64,000 nt of DNA from the NCBI RefSeq assembly GCF_964194155.1, contig NC_135881.1, positions 187,426,001 to 187,490,000 of the forward strand. The letters are read 5' to 3'. Of the stretch, positions 36,278-48,496 are shown piece after piece. The DNA comes from Cetorhinus maximus (Eukaryota). Position numbers and translations under genes: made by a program. The notes beneath the pieces are model-generated. The model made no database searches. It saw only the letters and a program-made list of their open reading frames with translations, and had not been told where the DNA came from. How positions within the stretch are numbered: position 1 is the stretch's first letter; each line of letters opens with the position of its first letter.

Positions 36278-38589
36278 CTGAAACACACAGGAATAACTGT
36301 CCCTTGAAGACCCGAAAATAAAATTTAAGTTTATTGGCAATCTAATCCTGACAACAATTAATGAACACTATATGCTTTCATAAAAATATGAAGAAATGAG
36401 GTGAGAATTGTTTCTTTCTACGAGTTATTTACTATTTTGCATTCCCAACTACAGGATAATTTCAGTCAGACATAAAAGTGACTCAATAAAAGTCTTGATA
36501 CAAGTTATACTCAATGATCGGATGTCGTGAGAGCATAGGTTAAAGCATGGTAAAAGCTGTGATCACTGAACACACCCACAGTCGTAACATGCAAGAAAGA
36601 GACACGCTGATAAATAGCAGGTAGCATAGCTTTTCACATTTTATTTAATGCAAAGCAAGTGAGCTGAATTGTGAAAGCAAACAAAATTTTTATTTGAAGA
36701 AAATAGATAAGAAGGGAGAACAGAAAGATTTAGGATGAACATAAGTGGACATCTGTCACCTGCCCTCAGGGTGAGCAGGTAAGAGTAAAGTGGTATTGTT
36801 GGGAGGTTAAAAGTGAAGCAACTGACAACAGCGCAAGGAGAGATATACTCAAAACACTCGGAAGGGCTTTAAATTAATGTCCCGAGTCTGTGTAAAGGCT
36901 AAATGAGATACATTGTGGCCATTTGAATTCAGTTTACTAAGGATCTGAGGGGAGGAGTGGAGGATTTCTCTCTGTCTATCTCCCTTCAGTTTGCTCTCTC
37001 TAACATAAGAAATACAGCAATTTGACAGAAATATTTGACAGTACATTTATGAAGAGTACACCCAGGATCGAGAAAAAGAGACAGAGATACACAAAGATGC
37101 AATTGAGATAGGAATGGTGAGAATGTGAAAGAACAAGGGAGATAGGGACTGAGAGACAGGATACAGACCAAGAGAGAGAGATAAAGAAACATAGATTACA
37201 CAAAGGTGGAGGTAACTGTGCCTCGATATTTTAAAACTCCAGTTTATAACTGCTTTTTTTCCCCCCTATTGATATGTTGTGAAGAGAATGTCTGCAATTG
37301 AGAGCATGTATCTTGGGCTTTTACTGTGCCATTCTGTTTAAGACAGAGGGGGAGAGAAAGAGAGTGAGACAGAGGCAACTGCTAGAAGTGGAAGGTTTAT
37401 TGTCAATATTTAATGTACAAACAGTTCCAATCCTGGATTGAGTGGGTACAGGGAGTGGACAGAGAGGAATCATCAGTTTAAGGCAGTCTGTGGAATTTTT
37501 TTTTTTTTTTTTTTTTACAAGTGGCTGGGTCTGGGGGATTCTTGGGAAGTAAAAATGTTGAGACCCGCAGCTCCAGAAAGCTCAATGTATTTTCAGAGAT
37601 TTCAATCTCTCTATCTCTTCCTCCAACTCTATCTCTGCACCACTCTCCATGTTCCTAGCTGTTTCATCGCATCTTCTGGACAGTCGATTCACAAAGCACC
37701 CGGTTTGTACAACTGCACAAAATCAAAGTCTAGCCCAGCATCTGTTCACGAGAAGTGGGTATTTAGACAGGGCTCCATTCACGGGGAGGGGGTATTTAGA
37801 CATCGAGGGCAGAATTAGATAGGGGGAGCAATTTTCTTGCAGCGGTCGGTGGAGGGGGGTTTTTGCAGGCAAAGGAGGGGGATTAGATGGGGCATGTTCG
37901 CAGGGAGTGAATGTTTGAAGGTTAAAATTGGGATGGGTGTTTTGACTGCATTGAAAATGGAAATGTTTCCCCCTGCTCTGTTGTCAGTCGCTTACCGTTT
38001 AACCTTCCGTCTGTTCCACCTTACTCTTACCTCTCATGTCGAGGGGCCAGATTAATAATTGTATCTCTGGTTTTCTGCTTTTATTGCCCCTGACAATATC
38101 AAAGAAAGGAGGAATCCAAATTTGATGAGAAATTTCATTTAAAACAAATGCCTCCACGCGCTTTTCACTGCTGCTGGTTTCCAATTTAATATCAAACAAA
38201 AAATTTCCCGATTCAGTTCAGCCAAAGGTGCGGCTGAAGATGAGTCTGAATAGATGAGTACGAACAAGATGAGTCCGAATGGAAGGGGAAAAACAACATC
38301 CTTCGTTGAAATATACTCATATCTCACAGTCTCGCACGGCCCTATGTAGGATCAATGGGAAACTGCAAAAGAAATCTCGTGATAAGTGCTGGAATGAATC
38401 ATTTATCCTCTTAACCCTCCTATTTACCAATTTGTTCCAGCACTGTCATGAGATTTCTTTTGCAGTTTTCCCACATAGGGCCACGTGGCTCTTAGTGGCC
38501 ATTTTCTCAAGCGTAGCAGATTGAGGAGGAAAAGAAACGGAAGATTTCAGTGCTAAACCTGTGTGAACTTGGTGAACAAAAATTACATC

Positions 38590-40493
38590 ATTAAATTGCA
38601 AGAAACGAAAGTATGAAGATAAAAACAGGAGTTTTAAGCCTGAAGGGGAGGAAGATTCTACATTCACTGTTAAAAGTTGGGAAACCTATTTGCCTTATCT
38701 GCAAAGCAACACCCACTCACTACAAAGCCAGTGACTTGAAACATCACTACGAAACGAATCACCGAAAAATTTTCATTTATCCTCTTAAATAAGAATTGCG
38801 GAAAAACAAGTTAACCATGTTAAAATCATCCCTAAATAACCAGCAGACACTACTTTCAACGTTTAATAAGGAAGCTGACAAAACAACCAAAGCTAGCTTT
38901 GTTATGGCATGGAATCTTGCTCATGCTAAACATCATAGTCTAATGGAGAATTTGTTAAGAAGAATATTACTGGATCTAAAACTGCAATAACTTCAAAGAA
39001 CACAAAACTTCAGCGACTAACAACAAATTCCAATTTCACTTCACAACATGGAAAGGCATATCTGCCAGATCAGTGCTTGTGTTGCAAGCAAGATGCAAAA
39101 TGATCTGAAGAATTCACTAGCATTCAGCTTAGCTCATACATACAAGACAACCCACAACTGGCGATATTAGTTCATTATGTTTCTTCAGATGTAATTGTAA
39201 AAGAAGAAATGTTGGATTTAGTGGCGCTAAAAGAAACAACTTGTGGTGTTGACATAAAAGATGCACTTGATGGAGCATTGACAAATGCCGATGTACCACG
39301 GGATAAACTCTTCAGATGGAGCACCTGCAATGGTGGGGAAACATGCAGGCCTAATCGTGCTCTTGAAAAGTTATCCCAAATTTCCAGAGTTTTTCCCTAT
39401 TCATTGCATCATTCATCATTAACACCTAGCAACCAATTACTTCAAGTACAAAAACGGTCCTTGAAATTGTCAATTTCATCCGCTCAAATGGGAACTCAAC
39501 AACAGTTCAAAAATTTTATTGAGCAGCTGGATCTCAAAGACAAGCCTGACAATGTCTCTTTCTACTGCAACGTAAGGTGGTTGTCAACCAGCAATGTCTT
39601 AAATGGGTTTGTGGAACAGTTGGAGCCTATCATTGCTTTCCTTGAAGATAAGGCCTTATCCACAGCTGGAAGATAATGAATTAATGAAGATCTGATGTTT
39701 CTCACTGATATTATGCTGCATCTACAAACTCTCAACTTGGCATTACAGGGGAAGGATAAGATTATTTCTGACCTTACTCAGACAGTTTTCATCTTCCAGA
39801 ATAAGTGAGGCTTTTGCAAAGAGACATACTGTCAAGAAACTTCAACCACTTTCCCCATCTCAAAAGGAGGATAAACACATTCCCTCATATTGAAGTAAAA
39901 TACCACAAACTCGAAGAATACAGGGATAAATTACAAGGACTGCTTGATAATTTTCAAGCCAGGTTTGATGACTTGCAGAAGTTGAGATCCTGCTTCCCCT
40001 TTCTTGTAAACCTATTCATGGTTGATGTGATCAACAATGGTTGTCTGATTCTCAAAACTCTGGTTTTGGAAACATCTGCTGTAGAAATGGAACTATTGGA
40101 CTTCCAGGAGGATCAGCGTCTAAAGATGATGCATAAATCACTGTCTACAATCGAGTTCTAGAAGCAAGTGCAAAAAACAAAATATCCTCAACTCAAGGGA
40201 AACTAGTGTACGACTCATTTCAATGTTTGGCACAACATACTGCTGTGAATCACTGTACTCCATAATGAAGTTTGTAAAGTCAAAATATTATGCTGTCCTT
40301 AACTGATGGAGCTCCTTCGCAAAACCTTGGCAACATATCAGTCAGATTTTCAAAGACTTACGATCAGGGTGGAGACCCACAAGATCTCTACTAACAGTAA
40401 TTAGCCTATGTAAAGATTGTTCATGTCTTGTGGCACTCGAACATCAAGATTATCATATGCGGCTCTTAAGTTCAGCAGGTCTGGCCACCCCTG
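38590..40493 (+). mobile_element. Decayed hAT transposon (SPIN/Charlie/GTF2IRD2-like transposase pseudogene)
   Basis: Frameshifted KKRKYE..RSFK, CLIC...LKHHYETNH, DGAPAMVG, IHCIIH, VRWLS, FGTTYCCES. Right TIR TGGCCACCCCTG at 40482-40493; left end not located. Confidence 0.9.
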
Positions 40494-40804
40494 GTGCATA
40501 TTAAACCACTATATAATGCAGATCCAGGATCTGGGAAATAGTTGAATTAATTGAAATGTTAAGGTTCCACATTATTATACACCTATTTGTGCAATAATAT
40601 TTTGGGTGCCAATTCTTCTTTCCCTTCCCCCTCCCATAACATCCATGAAAATAGCCATCAATTAAACATGGGCTAATAAAATACCAGTTCGCATGTGCTT
40701 TACTTCCAGCAAAAATACATTTTTTTTTTTTAAAAGTGAGTCATTAACAATGCAGAATATTTCCTAAAATGCTTAATTATATGTAACATTTTTGTGGAGC
40801 TTAC

Positions 40805-40877
40805 CGGTGAGAAAATCGAATGGTAAGTTTTTGAGCCAGTGCTTTACATAAAGATGTTTTACCCGTTCCTGGGGGAC
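40805..40877 (-). CDS. TRIP13: TRIP13 coding exon 6 (Walker A)
   Basis: [24 protein letters not shown], 73 nt. Confidence 0.97.
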
Positions 40878-41431
40878 CTATAAGTAGGGAAAACATAGAA
40901 GTCTCAACATTTATGTTATGATCTAGAATGGGCTGCCTAAGAGCAGTGGAAGCAGATTCAATAGTAACTTTCAAGGGGAATTGAATATATACTTAAAAAG
41001 ATAAGAAAAACACACGGCTATGTGGAGCGGGCAGGAACAGAGGGACTTAGTGGATAGCTCTATCAAAAAGCCAGACACAATGCATCAAATGGTCTCCAAT
41101 GCTGTAGGATTCTATTTGGGAAACTAGGTCTTGGCTGACTTTTCCTACCTCCCTTGCAGCCAGGCTGTGTCCACACAATGCCCACAGTAGTCCTGCCATA
41201 CTGCTAAATAAGCCATGTTTCATTACAGTATAGACACAGCCTTTGAAAGGCCCTTTAGCTATCACAATGAAATACAATCTTTCCTCATGCAATTTCCATA
41301 ACATGCACTTCACAGTGGCACTAATCACAAGTAGGAATTTGGCCCAATATTCATCTTTCCTCATCAGAGAATGCTGAAGTATTTTATTTAAGCTGGCTCT
41401 TATATATTGCTTTTCATGTAATCGTTTAACA

Positions 41432-42215
41432 CAAGCTTGTCCAACCAGCGGCCTGCGGGCGGGATTGTGGCCTCCTAAGCCACTCTATATGGCCCCTGGA
41501 ATCAGTTTTCATAACGTCAATCAGACAGATAAGAAGAGTGGAAAATTCCACAATAAGTTGCTCCTGCTGAGAGAGCAACAGTCAGTGATTCGAGGAGCAG
41601 CGAGTACCAGTGGCAGTGAGACCGCTGGGGAAAAAGGTTTTCTTTGTTGGGGGTGAGGGGGAAACCAGATCACCGGGGCCATGGGCTGGGGGTGGGGGGC
41701 AAGCGAGAGTGCCGGGGGAGGACAGGCTGGCTGCAAGTCCTGGGTGACACGCTGTGGAGCCTAAGGTCGGAGGAGAAGGCTGAGGAAGAAACTGGCTGGC
41801 GAGAGTGAGGATGGGTGAAAATGGGCAAGCATGAGAGTGAGTATGTGTCTGCCTTACTCCCAGGCTTAGGTTTCTCACTCACTCTTATCACCATACAGCA
41901 ACACATATACATACCCACTCACAATGGATGAGGGTGAGTGAGTGGGCACTCAGACTGGGACTGAGCCTGACACACACACTCTGACCTTCTCAGTCTGGTC
42001 AATTTTATTAATTTTTTTTTTAAAACTTAACAATCGATTGCTATGACATTGCTTTATTTTTGCTCAGCAATTGTTTCTTTACTTAATACTTGAACTCTTT
42101 TTTAAAAATTCAGTTTAACGTTGTGCCTTGCATCTTTCTGAAATTTGCTCATCAGCCCCTTGATTGAGAAAAAAATGGAAATGCGGCCCTCAATCAAAAA
42201 GGTTGGACCAGCCTG
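41432..42215. mobile_element. Non-autonomous hAT (Charlie-type) element
   Basis: 15-bp TIRs CAAGCTTGTCCAACC / GGTTGGACCAGCCTG; 8-bp TSD gtttaaca / ctttaaca. Confidence 0.85.
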
Positions 42216-43498
42216 CTTTAACAGATTGTGCCCAGCTTCTGTGGACTGAGTTCCAACGAGCAAAGAACACATTTGAATAGGTTACACCATTGTTTGCTCC
42301 TTACTTTTGAAAGATAGTCTTTTTATATTCTTCAAAACCCATAACTATCCAGATGGAAGAGTCGCTTGTTGTATCAGTCACTTGAACCTTAAGACATTTT
42401 TGATGCAGACAGTTCCAGCAGGAACTCTGCTTAGATGCTGGAAATATAATACCGTATAGAGACTCCAAGTACCACAATGACTTTGTGTCTTGCAAAATTT
42501 TCAACACCTTTCAAAAGCAATTGCTGAAGAGAATATTGTTCTGTCCAATTGGAATGCTATTTATGGAAAAAATTTCGAACAGCATGTATTAGGGCAAGTA
42601 AAGTGCAACACAGAATTTACTCTATAAATTATTCAGTTGTCTTTTATGTACTTGGCATTGTAATCCATAGTCACTCTCAACGATCTAACATACTCTACAA
42701 ATTACATTTCCCTCCAATTTTCTCCCCTCCTGTGCCATACCATCGATTCCATCTAATTTCCATGGTGCAGGCTGTCCTCTGGTTCCGCATTCATGTGGCC
42801 ATTCTTCACATATGATCCTAGACAGGATTCCTGCATGTCATTCCAGCACAGAGGGCATTACAATATCTCCCCTAGGCATCTAACTACACACATTTTCCAA
42901 GAGGAGTCACTGATAGAGGATCAGGCGCAAGAACCTGGCTGACCTTTCTCCTTCTTGACCCAGAGGGGCCCCCCGAAGGAAAATAGGATGATTAGCTTAC
43001 ACCAGTATCTTTCAGCCCCTTGAGCCTGTTCTACCATTCAATTGGATTGTGACTGATCTGTGCCTGGTGAAATACTTCTCCAAACACTGGGCATGCATCA
43101 AACTAAAATTGGCAGAATGTATTCTAACTTGTACTTGTGCTTACTTCAAAAATAATTGCTGTAGTATTATGTATTAGTGCGAAGTTCCATTACTTTAACC
43201 AAGAATTTTATCTTGTCATGTCACTGACAACAATAAAGAGGTTTGTGATGTTTGATCTCCTAACATGACTACAGGAAGTCTCCATGTGGAGTCTTGAAAA
43301 TTCCAAGCTTGGGCAAAACACATTTCCCAAATAGGTAATGAGATCTGGAGAGATTCAAGACATATCGTAGCAAATGTTAAGACAAACTGGGCTGGTCCCC
43401 AGGCAAATGGCAGGTACTGATATTAGGAAATAAAACACAGTGAATGGACTGAAACAAAACGAGAAGATGTAATTGATTGTAAAGGGGTCATGACTGAC

Positions 43499-43589
43499 CA
43501 TGAAGTAGCACCACTCGATTCCAAGTAATCAGATTGCTATCAACATTTCTGTCAGAAAACAGCAAGGTGGTTGAGACGTAGTCAAGTAA
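43499..43589 (-). CDS. TRIP13: TRIP13 coding exon 5
   Basis: LLDYVSTTLLFSDRNVDSNLITWNRVVLLH, 91 nt. Confidence 0.96.
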
Positions 43590-44215
43590 CTGTAAGAAAT
43601 AAAAAGTTAATATAGGTTATCATTTACAAAATATCAAAATTTAATTTAAATATATCAAAGTGCAGAAATAATAGAATCTTCAGGATATATAAAACTGTTT
43701 TTTGAGGATATGCTAATATTCAATGTTTCAATCTAACAATCTAAATACAGTCTGAGGGTACTTGCTGTTGTGTAACCTTAAAACACTGATGGCTGGCTGG
43801 TTATTCCATAAAAAAAAGGGTAAGACAATATCAAAAAGGCAAGTTATGACTCTAATTTCTCTCAATGCATTTACACTGTACACATTTGTTTCAAATGCGA
43901 CTCCTTTTGCAGCTTTATTTATAGCAGAGCTGGCACCACTAAAACAGAATATTTTGTAGGGGGGCATTCCGTGATGGATCACTTTGAAAAATCAAAGACA
44001 TTTTTAAAGGAGCTGTGGTACATGGATACAGACATGAAGAGTTGATTTTGAAAAAGTTAATCAGGTAACAGGCCCATGTTAAATGATTAAACTATTTTCA
44101 GTTACGTCAACAAATCTTGATAGATTAAATGTTCTTTAACATGAATAGTGAAAAACAATTAATCATAAGCACTTCTAGCAATTTTTCTATCATAGCCAGG
44201 ATATCAGGCACTTAC

Positions 44216-44271
44216 TTGTGATTTAACCTCACTATCATATACCAAGCTCTCCCAGAGTCCATGGAATTCAC
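44216..44271 (-). CDS. TRIP13: TRIP13 coding exon 4
   Basis: EFHGLWESLVYDSEVKSQ, 56 nt. Confidence 0.95.
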
Positions 44272-45415
44272 CTATGAAAAAGGGAATCAAAAATTATACT
44301 TAGTGAAGAACATAAAGTGCATTATATTTGGAGTATGCTGACAACTTTAGCTCAAGATTTATAGTTCTTTTTCTACAAGAATTCCCATACTTAATAGAAA
44401 ATGCAGTCTATACATTCTTAAGGACAATAAACAGCCAACCCACCGTTACACTGGCTATGATTTTTATAACAAATTATACAAATTAACATTGAATAATGTA
44501 TATGGCCAATGTACACCTGCTAACAAGACCAGTCAACATAACATACACCATTAGATGCTAAAATGGTTTGTAAATTCAGTACTGTACATTATCCAATTGA
44601 AGTAGAGATTTTTAAGGGCATTTTGCTAAATTATTTGTGCAGGTTTATTAATGGTTGCAAAACAATCTCTAACCCAAAGAGCACTAAAGAGGAGCTTGAA
44701 CATATGTTGAAATCCTTATTCCAAGGATACAAAGAAAGAAATGTTCTAATTTTGTTGGTGATGCAACTATTTTATTTGTCCTAGGAATGTGGGCAGAACC
44801 CGCAGCCATAAACTGAAACACTATTGCTAAGTTACAGAACCATAAAGCACAGGAAGACTATTTTACCCACTGTGCCTTCGCTGGAGCTTTCTCATTTGTC
44901 TCACTTCCCTACTTTTTCCCTATAGCCCTGCATTTTTTTTCCTTTTCAAGTAAATATCCAATTACTTATTGAAATAAACTATTGAAACAGCTTCCATTGC
45001 CCTTTGAGGCTGTGCATTCACAATCCTCTAAGAAGCAAGAGCACGAGCACTACCACTGAGTCATGGTTGACATTGAAGATGTTTTAACATCTAATGCAAG
45101 GTAATCAACCTGAAATGCTAACTCCATTTCTCTCTCCACAGATGCAACCAAAGCTGCTAAATGCTTCCAGCATTGGAAATCTGAAATTAAAATAGACAAC
45201 GTAAACTGAAGTTTCCATGTAGATGCAATAGATCCATTACATAACATGGCAACTGCTTCAATATTTAATGGGAATTCGTCAGCCTGGATCCCCTTAACAC
45301 TAACAAAAGAAACTTGCAATCTGCTGGGATTTCCCAGTCAGGTCGTGGGGCAGTGCACCTAGTTAACAAGTTTCGCAATACCGCAGCAGATTGCAATAGG
45401 GTTTTGTGTACAAAC

Positions 45416-45545
45416 CAGCAGGCAGGAGCCAGTTATTTGATGCTGTCATGTTCTCCTCTTCCCCCTCCAAAATATCAGAGGATGGACCTTCCTCATTCAG
45501 GCGAAATATATAAATTGAAATGTTGGATTTTGTCAGGTCAATAGG
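45416..45545 (-). CDS. TRIP13: TRIP13 coding exon 3
   Basis: PIDLTKSNISIYIFRLNEEGPSSDILEGEEENMTASNNWLLPA, 130 nt. Confidence 0.95.
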
Positions 45546-45748
45546 CTGTAACAGAGAATGAAGAGGATGGTTTAATAGCAGCAAGCACATTTGATGAATC
45601 TGAAAAGTTACAAATCTTGCAGTTTTTGGGTTTTGTATGCACTAGGTAGAAATAACTAGATAAAGCAAATATGTCTTTTGAAAGGTATTAAAGTGGAATG
45701 AAGACAAAATTGATGCTATTTTTTCCCCCAACATCTAGTTACCTTCTA

Positions 45749-45852
45749 CAACAAAAACAGAAAATGCTGGAAAAATTCAGCAGGTCTAGCAGGATCTGTG
45801 GAGAGAGAAACAGAGTTAACGTTTCGAGTCCGTATAACCCTTCTTCATAACC
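45749..45852 (-). mobile_element. 104-bp Penelope-derived hammerhead mini-element
   Basis: Perfect 14-bp TSD ctagttaccttcta (45735-45748 and 45853-45866). Minus strand aTGAAGA agggtt atacg gactc GAAACGTTAAC. Confidence 0.85.
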
Positions 45853-45909
45853 CTAGTTACCTTCTAACCCACATACACAGAGAAGGCCCCTAGAAGATCA
45901 ATATTCTAT

Positions 45910-46520
45910 TTGCAATACTGGGCATTAAGTCACAGTTGTATAGGACGAAGGAGAGACCACATCTGGAGTACAGTACAGTTTTGGTCTCCTTACTTGAGAA
46001 AGGATTCCATTAGAAGCAGTTTAGAGAAGGTTCACTCGACTGATTCCTGGGGTGGAAGGGGTTGGGGGAGGGGGTTATCTTATGAAGAAAGGTTGGACCT
46101 GTATCCATTGGGGTTTTAAAGAATGAGAGGTGATCTTATTGAAGCATACAAGATCCTGAGGAGAATTGAGAGTGGATGCAGAGATGATGTTTCCCCTTCT
46201 GGGAGAGACTAGAATTAGGGGGACAGTTTGAAAATAAGGTGTTTCCCTTTTAAGATGGAGATGAAGAGAATTCTTCTCTTTCAGAGGGTCGTTGGTCTGT
46301 GGAATTCTCTTCCCCAGACAGCAGTGGAGGCAGGGTCATTGAATATTTTTAAGGCGGAGTTAGATAGATTCTTGATTGACAAAAGGGTCAAAGGTTATAG
46401 GGGGTAGACAGGAAAGTGGAATTGCAGTCACAATCAGATCGGCCATGATCTTATCAAATGGCAAAGCAAGATTGAGGGGCCAAATGATCTATTCCTGCTC
46501 CCAATTCATATGTTCATATG
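45910..46520 (+). mobile_element. CR1 LINE 3' fragment
   Basis: VQFWSPYLRKD, LSYEERL and CR1 3' UTR. Confidence 0.85.
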
Positions 46521-46917
46521 TCTGTACTTATCTTTTGTTTCTTTTCTTGTCTCATTACTACCTCCTTTCAGCTTGCACTATCATTCCTTTTGTCATTTAA
46601 TCTCTCTTGCTCTCCTCCCTATCCTTTTCTCCCAGCCTTTCCTTGCCCCTGTACTTGCTTAAAAGCTATTACATTGCTAAACTTTTCCAGTTCTGATGAA
46701 AGGTTAACTTGAACCATATTAACTGTTTCTCTTTCCACAAAATGGCAATCAAGCAGCAGTACGAGCTTATCTTCCTTATATACTGAGCTGGAAAGTAAAG
46801 AGAAGCACTATTACATTATGTAATACATTCCAGATCACTTGCAAATACAATTTTAGAGAATTATTGCAAAAATTTAAGGCTCGTAACTTTTAACCTTTCC
46901 TTCCTTCTACCTCTTAC

Positions 46918-47083
46918 CTGTCTCTCCTTAAATGCAAGATCCGTGTCTACGATGCACACAGAGTTTACATGCTTTGCCAGAAATTCGTCATCAAATTCCT
47001 CCCAGACATAATCTCCGAAAACCACTCTGTGCCTGCTTAGCAGCTGCAGCACACTCAGCCTCACATCTTCTTGTTTCACAGTA
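46918..47083 (-). CDS. TRIP13: TRIP13 coding exon 2
   Basis: TVKQEDVRLSVLQLLSRHRVVFGDYVWEEFDDEFLAKHVNSVCIVDTDLAFKERQ, 166 nt. Confidence 0.95.
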
Positions 47084-47819
47084 CTATCAAAACAGAACTT
47101 AAACCATGTAAAAACCATCACCTGTATTAATAGTTGTTGCAAGTGTGTAGATTTTCTTGCTGCCTTTTAATTGAACAGCAACGTCATAATAAAAGGTTTC
47201 TGCCTTGTTTCATATATTAATTTATTGCTGGTGGTGCAAATATCTAGTTCTGCGATTCATAGTTCATGTGTTTTAAAATATTACTTTTAGGTTTAGGTAA
47301 AAAGGTTAGATGTAGATAAATGGGCACATCTAGCTAAGAAACTGATAAACAATCCTGGGGTGAATGCAATTCAAAGAAGTTTGGAGATAATTACGCTTTA
47401 AAGGTTCAGTTCATGTTTACTTAAGAAATTAACAGTTAGAAAGGTAGATCATAAAACAGCAGGTGGGCTTACTTAGGTAAAGAACTGGAGACATGACACC
47501 TGCAGCCCTAGTTGTCCAGAGGGATGTTTTTGTTTTGGGAATTAGGGTTAAATTAGCTTAAAAGTATTTGGTAAACTCTGAAGGCTTGCAAAATCCACTT
47601 CTTTCTTCAGATCAAAGAAGCAATTTTAAATGAGGAATACTTAACCTAAAGATCTGTTCAAGGACATCCCAGAGCATGCCATATTGTCATGGAGATGGGT
47701 GGCACTTAGGAAGGTTCTCTGGTTTCAATATATCTGCATGTTTGATGTGTCTTATAAGGAAAAGGCTTGGGGTAAGTCAGCAGTAAAACGGAGTGCATAA
47801 CATGCATAGTTATAACTTA

Positions 47820-48496
47820 GGGCAGAATTTTCTGCCTGTCGGGTGGGCAGGCCCGACCCGACCCAATCTCCGGCGGGCGGAGAGCTGATCCCTGCCAGCG
47901 AAGCAGCCCGCCCAGCGTGACATCCGGCGGGAAGCGCTATGCACTCCCTGTGCGGTCGGGGGTGGGGATTCCCTAAAAGCAAGAGTGCGCTCTTTCGCGC
48001 ATGTGCACGAAAGAGCGCACATCTCCCTGAGACTAAGTGCAGCCTCAGGGAGATCGCCTGCACTTTAAAAAAATATTAAAAATAGAAAAAAAAATCCCTT
48101 ACATGTCCCCCTCATGTGACAATGTCACATGAGTTGGGACATGTTCATAATGTACAGAATAGCTTTACTAAAATTTTCAAAACCCTGCATGAAACCTCAT
48201 CCCGCCGTTGGATGAGGTTTCATGTTTTCTCTATTTGCTGCCGGGGCTCCTGGCCTGCCTGCCAACCTTAAGGTTGGACGGGCAGGTCCTTCAATTGGTT
48301 AAATGATCCTGTCAATGGTCTCAATTGGTCATTAACTGGTCGGCGGGCCCGCAGCTGATTTTGCTGCACCCCCGTCTTCCTGAAAATTTAAATGGGGCAG
48401 GATGACGTCGGGGGTTCCGCCCGACATCATCCCACGTCATTTTACACGTTGGTGAGTGGGCCCTGCCCCCAGCTCGCCAATGGCAAAATTCTGCCC
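47820..48496. mobile_element. PIF/Harbinger-type MITE
   Basis: TIRs GGGCAGAATTTT / AAAATTCTGCCC, 3-bp TTA TSD, CpG-rich, internal hairpin catgaaacctcatcc..ggatgaggtttcatg. Confidence 0.85.

Noticed and set aside
38796-40161. Possible domesticated GTF2IRD2/EPM2AIP1-like gene
   Set aside because: Multiple stops and frameshifts, the first catalytic Asp region appears deleted, and a TIR is retained; a transposon fossil.
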